From: Candidatus Bathyarchaeia archaeon
Lineage (GTDB): Archaea; Thermoproteota; Bathyarchaeia; Bathyarchaeales; Bathycorpusculaceae
DNA length: 64,000 bases
Assembly: GCA_038883655.1 (NCBI GenBank)
Contig: JAVZLQ010000002.1
Location: 217,625 to 281,624, forward strand
Reading direction: 5' to 3'
The translations under genes and the position numbers were made by a program. Position 1 is the first letter of the stretch; each line of letters begins with the position of its first letter. Shown here piece by piece: positions 18,867-27,394 of this stretch. The notes beneath the pieces are model-generated. The model was not told the DNA's origin and made no database searches. It was given only the letters and a program-made list of their open reading frames with translations.

Positions 18867-19024
18867 TATTTCTCCTCCTTCTCCATGATGATATGTTGGT
18901 TGTCAACCCACATGGCGACAACATCACCCTTTTTTATGTTGAGGTATTCGCAGATTTCTTTCGGAATTGTCACTTTCAAGCTTTTGCCAACCAACACGAC
19001 GCTTACTTTAAATTTTACAGGCAA
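18866..19024 (-). CDS. AbrB/MazE/SpoVT-family DNA-binding protein, 52 aa
   Basis: Manual translation MPVKFKVSVVLVGKSLKVTIPKEICEYLNIKKGDVVAMWVD...; TAATG overlap with next gene. Confidence 0.85.
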   Translation of the reverse strand: MPVKFKVSVVLVGKSLKVTIPKEICEYLNIKKGDVVAMWVDNQHIIMEKEEK

Positions 19025-19231
19025 AGTTTGCACCTGAATCACCAATATATCTTTGGAATATTCTTAAATATAAGTATATCCTTTTAATACTGCTTGAGAT
19101 ATCCCAAGAATAACCCCATTCAAATTTATGAGAAATTGTATGGATGGGTTAAAAGATACGAGAGAACCGATTTAACTTCGCCAACGGTTAGCGAAGTCAT
19201 GAAATATTCTCAGCAAAAGTTTGCGCAGTTT

Positions 19232-19825
19232 TCAACCATTTTCCAAAACCTTTGAAGCTTCACGCAACAATAAAGCCGTTGCCCTCTTAAAACGTGGATA
19301 AAGAAGCTGGGAAGCCGTAAGATATTCTCTGAATAGGCCGTCGTTTTCGCCTTCACAGTTCAAAGCTTCAGTTTTAGGCTTATCCGCTTTATCGCCTTCC
19401 AACTTTTTCAATTGTCTATAAACCTGATGTGGTTTAAGATTCAATTCTCGAGCTATAGCCCTATGGCCTAAACCCTTAAGCCTTAACGCTTTCAACTTCT
19501 CGATTAACTCGCTATTCCAAACGAAAGGCTTAGGCTTAAACTGTTCTGCAAACGTAGGCGTAATAGCCCCTACAGTTTCGCCTTGACTATTACTGTTTGC
19601 CTTCTTCAAGAAAAAGAAAAGCCTTCCATTATAAGACTGCTGAAAAACTTTAACGCCTTCCGCCTTAAGCTGTTCACTCCACTCGGGTTTAAAAGCTGAA
19701 TGCGGAATCAAAAGGCAAGGGCCGAAGTCAGTCATTTCCTCTGGAAAACTTTCGCTTAGGATTTCGTATAAACCCATGTTGCCCCTAACAAATGAATGTG
19801 CAGTTTCAAATTTAAACTTTAACAT
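19232..19825 (-). CDS. Hypothetical protein with HTH motif (start probably ATG 19777)
   Basis: WNSELIEKLKALRLKGLGHRAIARELNLKPHQVYRQL. Confidence 0.65.
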   Translation of the reverse strand: MLKFKFETAHSFVRGNMGLYEILSESFPEEMTDFGPCLLIPHSAFKPEWSEQLKAEGVKVFQQSYNGRLFFFLKKANSNSQGETVGAITPTFAEQFKPKPFVWNSELIEKLKALRLKGLGHRAIARELNLKPHQVYRQLKKLEGDKADKPKTEALNCEGENDGLFREYLTASQLLYPRFKRATALLLREASKVLENG

Positions 19826-20036
19826 TTATGTTTAGATATGCTTTGAGCATATGCGGTATATATTTATGTTAATTAACGAAACCCTAAAATAAACCATTAT
19901 AAAGGTTCTTTTCCCACAATATATTATAAAACTAATTTATCCTCTGATAAATCTATTCTGTGAAAAGTTTTTGAAAAAGAAGCTCAATTTAACTTTCTTT
20001 TTCTTACTAATATATTTAAGTTAAAGTTTGAAACGT

Positions 20037-20885
20037 TCATGAAGCTAAACGCTTGAAGATTCTTTTAAATTCTACCCGCAATTCTTCTTCTGAAGGCTCT
20101 GTATAAATGGTTGTGGTTTCTAACCGTTTATGCCTCAGCACACTTTTGAGGCGTAAAAGTGAGCCTCTGTTCTCAAGCCAGATGTGAGCGAAAGCATGGC
20201 GTAGTTTATGAGGCGTAATGCGGTAAGGCTTCTTTAAAACGCCTTCCGTGTAGCGGTAAAACCACTTCAGAAAAGTTTTGTAGCTCATAGGCAAAATCCG
20301 TCCTTCATGATTAGCGGTTTCATTCCGCAAATGAACATAAAACCGTTTACTTATCGGATTAAGCGGAATGCTTACAGGCCTATCGTTCAGGCTCATTCCC
20401 TTAGGATAATACTTTTCACCTTGCCTTCTCCGAAGCGTTATAGTGTTCTTTTCAACGTCTATATCTTCCCAATAGAGGCCCAGGACTTCGCTTACACGTA
20501 AACCGTTAAAGGCCATAAGGCTAACAGCAAACTTGTAGCTGGTTTCATAACACGCCTCGATAAGCCTCATTATTTCCTCAGAGGTTAAATCCACTCGGAA
20601 TTGGCTGAAGTCAGGCTTAACCTCACGTAGCAAAGTTTTCAGAAAACTTGTATCGTAACCCATGAATTTGAGCAAGGCTGAAAGGAATCGTTTAGCCTCA
20701 GCCATGCTGTTAGCACTTTCAAAACTGTAAACCCATTCTTTAAGTTTCATAGGTGAAGCCTTCTCAAGCGTTAAGCCGTTTTGAATTAGAAACTTCTCAA
20801 GGCTATTGGCTAAGCTGAAATAGGTTTTCCGAGTGTTCTCGCTTTTTCCCATGCAGAATTTTTGTGCAGATTCCAATATGCTCAT
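20037..20885 (-). CDS. Xer-like tyrosine recombinase
   Basis: NGLRVSE, PHKLRHAFA, LRH...TTTIY. Confidence 0.9.
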   Translation of the reverse strand: MSILESAQKFCMGKSENTRKTYFSLANSLEKFLIQNGLTLEKASPMKLKEWVYSFESANSMAEAKRFLSALLKFMGYDTSFLKTLLREVKPDFSQFRVDLTSEEIMRLIEACYETSYKFAVSLMAFNGLRVSEVLGLYWEDIDVEKNTITLRRRQGEKYYPKGMSLNDRPVSIPLNPISKRFYVHLRNETANHEGRILPMSYKTFLKWFYRYTEGVLKKPYRITPHKLRHAFAHIWLENRGSLLRLKSVLRHKRLETTTIYTEPSEEELRVEFKRIFKRLAS

Positions 20886-20956
20886 ATGCTCACCTAATAA
20901 TGTCTAATGAATCTAACAAAAGTGAAGCGGAAAGGCTAGAGCGGGTAAGCATAAAG

Positions 20957-21130
20957 TCACCGCCTCGCAATTACAATTATAATTAATAACGCTATGAGGA
21001 CAAGCGATAAGAAGCCTAGAACAAACGTTGAAGCGAAGCTGGAGTTTAACAGGTAAAGTGCAGGAATCAAACCGCACAAGCACAACGCAAAAAGAATCAA
21101 ACTTAAGAGGCCCTTTTCGCTATCGGACAT
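20957..21130 (-). CDS. Small two-TM membrane protein
   Basis: MSDSEKGLLSLILFALCLCGLIPALY...LIIIVIARR; two hydrophobic helices, basic C-terminus. Confidence 0.65.
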   Translation of the reverse strand: MSDSEKGLLSLILFALCLCGLIPALYLLNSSFASTFVLGFLSLVLIALLIIIVIARR

Positions 21131-21278
21131 AATCAACCCTCTTCTTACGAATATGCTCCTCAAACTCTTTTTCTCGCCTAAGCTCTTCCAAATCAGCCTT
21201 CAACAATTTTAGAATGAGGAGTTCGCGTTCTTTTTCAATTTCGTTAAGTTTAACCCTCTTTCTTCTCTTTTTACTCAT
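21120..21278 (-). CDS. Small charged helical protein, 52 aa
   Basis: Manual translation MSKKRRKRVKLNEIEKERELLILKLLKADLEELRREKEFEEHIRKKRVDYVR; GAGGT SD. Confidence 0.6.
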   Translation of the reverse strand: MSKKRRKRVKLNEIEKERELLILKLLKADLEELRREKEFEEHIRKKRVDYVR

Positions 21279-21347
21279 AGCTTATGAACCTCACAAAAGC
21301 GGATAATAAAAAAAGGGGAGTGTGCGGGAGAAATCTCCCTTGATTTT

Positions 21348-21368
21348 GGATGTGAAATAATTCCATGA
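21348..21368 (+). repeat. attR-like direct repeat GGATGTGAAATAATTCCATGA
   Basis: Also reads GCEIIP-stop; matches 13407-13427. Confidence 0.85.
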
Positions 21369-21639
21369 GTTTTTATACAAACCCTTTGCTTGGAAAACGT
21401 CTGGCACTTTTAAGCATAGCTGAGCAAAATTTTCTTATCAATTGCCGTCCGAGTAACTCTGAGATTTCATCTGTCAATCAATCTAATGCCTTCTCATCAT
21501 CCGGCAACAAAATTATGAAGCGACAGAAATAAAAATGTTCTCTAAAGCGCCACATGTATTCTGAATATGGATTTTGAATTCATAAGTTAGTTATATGCTC
21601 CATGCCTATTCTTGTGCGTAAAAAGGTGGAGGAAACTCA

Positions 21640-21822
21640 TTGAAGCAAGACTTAACATCAAAGCAAAGGAAAGATTTGGAAGCTAAGATGGCTAAGGCTC
21701 TTAAAGAAAACATTAAGGGACTTTCGGCGGAATTGCAAAAAATATTGTTAGATGACATGGTTACGGCTTTCCAAAATAGAATAAACGTGTTAATGCGAGT
21801 GCAGAGGAAAAGGAGCTACTAA
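21640..21822 (+). CDS. Small helical hypothetical protein
   Basis: GGAGG SD before TTG; 60 aa. Confidence 0.7.
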   Translation: MKQDLTSKQRKDLEAKMAKALKENIKGLSAELQKILLDDMVTAFQNRINVLMRVQRKRSY

Positions 21823-21905
21823 CGCAGAGTAAATAGGAATAAGACGTAGTTTGAATCCATAAAAGCTTTATATAAAGAGGTTGAAAATATCGCCAAGAGG
21901 TTTGG

Positions 21906-22202
21906 ATGATGAGGCGTTCCAAACTCGAGATGTATATAGACATACTTAAAGTGTTAGCCCATCGTGGCCCATTAAAACTGACGCATATAATGTATAAGGC
22001 TAACGTGAACTGTAGTGTGCTTAAGGAGTACTTGGACTTTTTGATTAAACAAAACCTAATCGAGGAAAGGACTGTTGGCAAAAGAAGAGTTGTTTATGCG
22101 ATAACGCAGAAGGGCATAACGGTGCTCAAATACTTCAGAGAACTCAAGCAGGTGTTGCCAATAGTCGAAGAAGCCAGAAACAAGGCGCTGGTGCCATATT
22201 AA
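21906..22202 (+). CDS. Archaeal winged-helix transcriptional regulator
   Basis: RRSKLEMYIDIL...THIMYKANVN...YAITQKG. Confidence 0.88.
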   Translation: MMRRSKLEMYIDILKVLAHRGPLKLTHIMYKANVNCSVLKEYLDFLIKQNLIEERTVGKRRVVYAITQKGITVLKYFRELKQVLPIVEEARNKALVPY

Positions 22203-22300
22203 ATTCCAAACTTTCTATAACAAAAATCATTTCTAATAATATTTCAAACATCGAAATACATTTTTTATTTCTCTGAATCTTTTCATTTCTACGATGTGCC

Positions 22301-22420
22301 ATGTTAGAGGAGTTAACGATATTCGCCGCACAGTACACTGCGGCTTTATTCATCTTTATGTTGTTATTCATCTTGCTTATGGGCGCCTTTTGTTCAAGAA
22401 CTGGTTTTTGTTGTAAGTAG
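22301..22420 (+). CDS. Putative 39-aa single-TM protein with Cys-rich tail
   Basis: Manual translation MLEELTIFAAQYTAALFIFMLLFILLMGAFCSRTGFCCK. Confidence 0.45.
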   Translation: MLEELTIFAAQYTAALFIFMLLFILLMGAFCSRTGFCCK

Positions 22421-22523
22421 TTTGTGTGTGTTTCGTGAATAAAGATGAGTGTTTCGTAAGACTTAATAAAGTCTCTGAGCTTCTACCATACTGTACAAGT
22501 GTAATACACAATGGGGAAAAGAA

Positions 22524-22898
22524 GTGGCAAAAGAGGAAGCATTAGGCAAAAAGCCTCTACAGATTCTTGAAAAAATTAAGGAAAACCTTGAAAAGCTAAA
22601 TGAGAAAATGGAAATAATAATCGAACTGCAGAAGCGTGAAAGAAAAGAGTTTCAACCTTTGCCCGAAGCGCCGTTGGATGTTATGACGTTGCTTTCAATG
22701 CCGGATCACCTTAGGAAGACGGCGATGACTGTTTGTAGGCTTGGAAGAGCTACTGCAGATGAGATAGCCCAGCAGACCCGAAGGGCTAGGGCTGTTGAAA
22801 GCGCGTATTTGAATCAGCTTGTTATTATGGGGTATTTGAAGAAGGAGCGTAAGGGACGTAAAGCCTACTTTTACATTGACAGGGAAGGGCAAGGGTGA
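22524..22898 (+). CDS. Coiled-coil plus winged-helix protein
   Basis: ATADEIAQQTRRARAVESAYLNQLV.MGYL...RKGRK. Confidence 0.8.
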   Translation: MAKEEALGKKPLQILEKIKENLEKLNEKMEIIIELQKRERKEFQPLPEAPLDVMTLLSMPDHLRKTAMTVCRLGRATADEIAQQTRRARAVESAYLNQLVIMGYLKKERKGRKAYFYIDREGQG

Positions 22899-23680
22899 TT
22901 TGTATGGGCAAGGTAATTGCTATTCACTCCTACAAGGGTGGAACTGGAAAGACAATAATATCAATAAACTTGGCGGCAACACTTGCCAGACGCGGCAAAA
23001 AGGTTTGCCTTCTAGACCTCGACTTTCGAGCCCCGAGCATTGTAACGCTTCTTAAAGTTGAGAATGTTAATTATTGGATGAACGATTACTTGAATGGCAC
23101 TTGTGAAATTGACAAGGTTTTGGTGGATTTGAGCGACAGAATCAAAAATAATGGTAAGTTTTTCGTTGGTTTTGCCAACCCTGCAACAGAAGCAATTAGG
23201 GACATGACCGCGAAGGACAGGAAGTGGGAGATGCGCGCTTTAGGAAGACTCTTGTCTCTCAGAAACTCGCTTTTAAATGATAGGGGATTTGACTACATAA
23301 TTTTTGATACCAGCCCAGGATTACAGTATTCCTCAATAAACGCGATTGTAAGCGCTGATGTTATTATTGTAGCAACAACATTTGATAGGTCTGATGTTGA
23401 TGGTACAAAGCGTATGCTCAAGGAACTTTACGAGTTGTTTGAAAAGAAAACTGAAATTGTCCTTAACAAAGTTTTGAATGACATCGCGTTAAAGGGTGGA
23501 AAAGAGCTCCAATCCAGAATTAAGGATGTTTATCAAGCACCACTTTTGGGCGTAATTCCATGTTTCTGCGATATATTGAAGGGTGAAGGACACGTGATAT
23601 TTGTCCAAGAGAAAACTGAGCACCCATTTACAAGGATTCTGGAAGGTATAGCGGACAAAATTGATGGTGTTTTGATTTAG
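22895..23680 (+). CDS. MinD/ParA-family ATPase
   Basis: KGGTGKT, LLDLDF, IIFDTSPG, VLNKV. Confidence 0.9.
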   Translation: MICMGKVIAIHSYKGGTGKTIISINLAATLARRGKKVCLLDLDFRAPSIVTLLKVENVNYWMNDYLNGTCEIDKVLVDLSDRIKNNGKFFVGFANPATEAIRDMTAKDRKWEMRALGRLLSLRNSLLNDRGFDYIIFDTSPGLQYSSINAIVSADVIIVATTFDRSDVDGTKRMLKELYELFEKKTEIVLNKVLNDIALKGGKELQSRIKDVYQAPLLGVIPCFCDILKGEGHVIFVQEKTEHPFTRILEGIADKIDGVLI

Positions 23681-23802
23681 CTGCCACCGTTTGCTATTTT
23701 GTTTATCAACTGATGTATTTTGCAGTTTCTGCATCTCTCATAGTCTTTTTCATCACATTGCTTGCAAATTATTCTGTTGAGTTCCTTAATTTCCGAGTTC
23801 AT
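23677..23802 (-). CDS. Putative 41-aa CxxC..CxxC metal-binding protein
   Basis: Manual translation MNSEIKELNRIICKQCDEKDYERCRNCKIHQLINKIANGGS. Confidence 0.6.
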   Translation of the reverse strand: MNSEIKELNRIICKQCDEKDYERCRNCKIHQLINKIANGGS

Positions 23803-24284
23803 TGATGTTTACCCTCTTCATGTTGACTTTGCCTTGGTTGGGTAATATGGGCTATTCCGCATTAGTAATATTTCATACACGGACTTGTGCGATAATCTTA
23901 TATTACTTGTCCGTAAACGTTTCACTTTGTGTGGTGCAAGATTTGAACAAAAATGTTGCCTTAACATCCCTTGCATGGGGATTGTTTTTCGTCATGATTG
24001 GCGTCAGCTTAGCCATGACCGGTTATGGAATAACTTTTGAAGTTATGTTGCCTTACATCGCTGTTGGGACGGGTATAATTCTAATCGGATTAAGCGTTGC
24101 CAGAACTGGGCTGGGAATGGAACTAAACAAGTTCAGCTTGTTCATAGGCGTATTAGCCTTTATCCTTGGCGGTTTGGCTGCGACGGGCTACCTGCAAACG
24201 TTGCCATGGTATGCCATCGTAATAATACTTATGGGCTTGTTTATAATTGCGGAAGCCGTTCGCGCCCTAACAAAGTCAAAATGA
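23802..24284 (+). CDS. Four-TM membrane protein (real start probably near 23932-23944)
   Basis: Four hydrophobic segments in the C-terminal ~115 aa. Confidence 0.7.
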   Translation: MMFTLFMLTLPWLGNMGYSALVIFHTRTCAIILYYLSVNVSLCVVQDLNKNVALTSLAWGLFFVMIGVSLAMTGYGITFEVMLPYIAVGTGIILIGLSVARTGLGMELNKFSLFIGVLAFILGGLAATGYLQTLPWYAIVIILMGLFIIAEAVRALTKSK

Positions 24285-24304
24285 AAATTGGAGACTAACT
24301 GTTA

Positions 24305-24934
24305 TTGGATAGGTCGGCAATAGTCCTCGCTGGAGGAGTTTCCAGCAGATTCGGAAAGGATAAGGGGTTAATGCCGCTGGCAAATAGACCCCTCATAAGG
24401 TATGTTTTAGATGCTGTAGAAGGGGTTGTCGAGGAAGAGATTGTTGTTGTCAGCTCAAAAATTCAACTTGAAAACTACATAAAAGTGCTCGGTTCTGATG
24501 TTAGGCTGGTGATTGATGAAGGACAGATGCGTACTCCACTTCTTGGGGCATTAACTGGCTTAAAAATGGCATGCGGCGAATATGCCATACTGCTTCCATG
24601 CGACACACCATTCATAACAAAAGAAATAGTTTCACTGCTCTTTGAGCTTTGTATAAACAAAAATGCAGCCATTCCACGTTGGCCGAACGGTTACATAGAA
24701 CCACTGCAAGCAGTTTATCGTGTCAAACCAGCTTTTGATGCTGCTGAAAGGGCTTTGGTTGCTGGCGGTTTGAATATGCGGTCAATGATAAATGCTTTGC
24801 GTGAAGTCCGTTATGTTTCAACTCTTGTTTTGCAGCAGTTGGATTCAGAGCTTAAGACATTCTTTAATGTGAATACTCCGTTGGATTTAAAAAGGGCTGA
24901 GCTTATGCTTAAACGCGGAAAAGGCAAGTTATAA
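24305..24934 (+). CDS. mobA: Molybdenum cofactor guanylyltransferase
   Basis: LAGGVSSRFGKDK, PCDTP, EPLQAVY, FFNVNTP.DL. Confidence 0.9.
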   Translation: MDRSAIVLAGGVSSRFGKDKGLMPLANRPLIRYVLDAVEGVVEEEIVVVSSKIQLENYIKVLGSDVRLVIDEGQMRTPLLGALTGLKMACGEYAILLPCDTPFITKEIVSLLFELCINKNAAIPRWPNGYIEPLQAVYRVKPAFDAAERALVAGGLNMRSMINALREVRYVSTLVLQQLDSELKTFFNVNTPLDLKRAELMLKRGKGKL

Positions 24935-24936
24935 GG

Positions 24937-26238
24937 TTATTTTTGTCTATTTTTGTTTTTTGCGTAGTTTTCAGTTTCTTCGAAAAGTTTTTCTATGTCA
25001 CTTTTTGTGTGGGCTGTGCTGAGCGTGCCGTTATGCGTTGGAAGGAAGAATACTCCATTTGCAATTAACTCCAAGTTATATTCTAAAAGTTTCTTTCTGT
25101 CAGCCATAAAAGCGGCTTTCGCATCCTTAACGTTCTCACTGGTAAAGTGCACGTTGAAAATTGAGCTTGTACCCGTAACCTGAGCGTCTACTTCATTCTT
25201 TTCGAAGATTTCCTTTAACTCCTCCCTTATCTTGTCTCCAAGCGCGTTTAGCTCCCTTATTAGTTTGCCGTCCTCCAAAATTTTCAGCGTTGCTAAGCCG
25301 GCGGTCATCGTTATCGGGTTTGCTGTGAATGTTCCGCCGTGAAAAGCGTAATTGGGTCTTTCGTAAATTGTCGTATCAAGCTTCTCCATTATTTCCCTTC
25401 TTCCACAAAAGGCGCCTACTGGAAAGCCGCCGCCCAAAATTTTCCCAAAAACAGTGATGTCGGACTTAACGCCGAAAAATTGTTGAGCGCCTCCTGGAGC
25501 CAGCCTAAATCCAGTAATCACTTCGTCGAAGATTAGCAGAATATCTTTTTCATCGCAAATTTCCCTAAGTTCCTTCAAAAATTCTTTTTTTGCAGGTATG
25601 CCGCCTCCGGCGCCCAAAACTGGTTCGATTATTATTGCGGCAACATCCTTTTCGTCCCGTAATTTCTTTCTTACTCCTTCGCTATCATTGAACGGCAAGA
25701 GCATAGTGTCTTGTGTAGCTCCAAGCGTTAATCCTGCTGATTCTGGCATGTCAAATGGGTACTTCACGCCTATGTGTAAAGCGTCATATCCGCCGTGCCA
25801 TCCGCCCTCAAACTTTGCAATTTTGCGCCTCTTTGTGTAGGTTCTTGCTAGGCGAACAGCATACATATTCGCCTCTGTTCCAGAGTTTGCGAAGCGCACC
25901 ATGTCCACGTTTGGAACCATTTTTACAATTTGTTCTGCTAATGCTATTTCCAGTTCGTGGCATGTTCCATAATGTGTGCCATTTTCAATCTGTTTCTTAA
26001 CAGCTTCAACTACTGGTTTTGGGCTGTGTCCAAGTATAAGCGCTGTGTGTCCAAGCCAAAAGTCTATGTACTCATTTCCATCAACGTCGTAAAGTTTGCT
26101 TCCCTTCGCTTTGGCCGAGTAAAATGGATATGGCTCAAAAAACCTTATGCCATATGAAACTCCAGCGGGCAAAACCTTCTTTGCCCTTTCATACAGCGCC
26201 CTTGACTTTGCGGTTTTGGAAACATACCTATTAAACAT
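24937..26238 (-). CDS. hemL: Glutamate-1-semialdehyde 2,1-aminomutase family (class III aminotransferase)
   Basis: NSGTEA, FDEVITGFR, GKILGGGFPVG, GGTF. Confidence 0.8.
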   Translation of the reverse strand: MFNRYVSKTAKSRALYERAKKVLPAGVSYGIRFFEPYPFYSAKAKGSKLYDVDGNEYIDFWLGHTALILGHSPKPVVEAVKKQIENGTHYGTCHELEIALAEQIVKMVPNVDMVRFANSGTEANMYAVRLARTYTKRRKIAKFEGGWHGGYDALHIGVKYPFDMPESAGLTLGATQDTMLLPFNDSEGVRKKLRDEKDVAAIIIEPVLGAGGGIPAKKEFLKELREICDEKDILLIFDEVITGFRLAPGGAQQFFGVKSDITVFGKILGGGFPVGAFCGRREIMEKLDTTIYERPNYAFHGGTFTANPITMTAGLATLKILEDGKLIRELNALGDKIREELKEIFEKNEVDAQVTGTSSIFNVHFTSENVKDAKAAFMADRKKLLEYNLELIANGVFFLPTHNGTLSTAHTKSDIEKLFEETENYAKNKNRQK

Positions 26239-26373
26239 TTTAAAGACCTTTTTGATAAAATCTTGTTTCAGCGAATTTTCTTATTACTGTTTCCATATTC
26301 GCAACAGCAGCTTGTGAACCGAAATGAATTTAAAACCTCACTTTTGTCTAAGAGAATTTGCGGTGATGGACGT

Positions 26374-26643
26374 TTGACCCAGCAAACTACTGGAATCATC
26401 GTTAACTATCGTGTTGGCCCCAAAAGTCAGAGATCTAAAGAGTGCATAATCCAGTTCAGCCATGTGAAATCTTTTTCTGAAGCGTGTAGGCTTGTTGGAC
26501 GGAAGGTTGCATGGAAATGCGGGGAAAACAGGATTGTAGGTAAGGTTGTGGCTTTGCATGGAAAGAAAGGCTTGGTTAGGGCTAGGTTCAGAAGAGGTTT
26601 GCCGGGTCAAGCTTTGGGGACAACAGTTGAACTTGTCGGCTAG
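26374..26643 (+). CDS. rpl35ae: Ribosomal protein L35Ae
   Basis: GIIVNYRVGPKSQ...GKVVALHG..G.VRARF..GLPGQALG; GGTGA SD. Confidence 0.9.
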   Translation: MTQQTTGIIVNYRVGPKSQRSKECIIQFSHVKSFSEACRLVGRKVAWKCGENRIVGKVVALHGKKGLVRARFRRGLPGQALGTTVELVG

Positions 26644-27323
26644 GGTTTTGTGAAATGCCTTAAAGAGTCAGCGTATGCTGGCAATTGGCTTAGGAAATCT
26701 TGAAGTTGCAGGATTGGGACGATTGGCACGTTATCGTAGAACTTGAACTTTCCGGCAACAAGTGATATAACTGCTGGCACTAAGCACACACTATCCCACA
26801 TAGCGCACTCAACCTTATCCGCAAGGGTTGGCAGAACTTCAGCGAAAGCCCATGTTCTCTGCGTTTGCTCCTCAACAATCTCTTTTAAAGCCGAAGGCAA
26901 GATTGCACGGTGCCAATGCTTACAGTCGATGCATAGGGCTATTGGTTTTCTACATCCAACAACATCCATTTCCCATTTCCGCCCAGCATAACTAAAATGG
27001 ATATTCTTCGCTACGCTGTAGCCGTTTCTCTCCAAAGCTGTTGCAGCAATATCTTCAAACTCTTGCCACCGCAGAAAGGCGCTTACGGTTTCGATGTCTG
27101 CGCCTATACTTAGGGCTTTAACAGCCAGGTTTAAGCGTTGTATCCCGTCAGCTTTAACAAGAAAACCGTTAACATAAATTAGTCCATCGTTTTGCAATTT
27201 TAACAGCAACTTTCTACAATTTTGCAGTGGAATATTAGCTTCTTTATTTACTAGTTTATGTGAAACTGGTCCATTTTTGGTTAGTTTTAGAATTGTAATA
27301 ATCAAGTTTCTTTGAACATTCAC
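26640..27323 (-). CDS. PD-(D/E)xK restriction-endonuclease-like protein with N-terminal wHTH
   Basis: WQEFE, EMDVVG, IDCKHW. Confidence 0.75.
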   Translation of the reverse strand: MNVQRNLIITILKLTKNGPVSHKLVNKEANIPLQNCRKLLLKLQNDGLIYVNGFLVKADGIQRLNLAVKALSIGADIETVSAFLRWQEFEDIAATALERNGYSVAKNIHFSYAGRKWEMDVVGCRKPIALCIDCKHWHRAILPSALKEIVEEQTQRTWAFAEVLPTLADKVECAMWDSVCLVPAVISLVAGKFKFYDNVPIVPILQLQDFLSQLPAYADSLRHFTKP

Positions 27324-27394
27324 TTTTTAATCTCCTAAATTATACATTAGAATGCTTAAAAATTAGCCTTTTAGAGTTTTATTTAAAAGCCTTT

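Larger units (their letters stand above)
13407..21368. mobile_element. ~7.9-kb integrated element (plasmid-, satellite- or provirus-like)
   Basis: Flanking direct repeats, integrase next to attL, RHH + helicase-like ATPase, second recombinase. Confidence 0.85.

Noticed and set aside
19094-19255. Plus-strand 53-aa ORF MRYPKNNPIQIYEKLYGW... divergent from abrB
   Set aside because: No SD or motif, and it overlaps the HTH gene end; cannot support
21374-21480. Short minus-strand ORF MTDEISELLGRQ... just outside attR
   Set aside because: About 34 aa with no motif or clear SD
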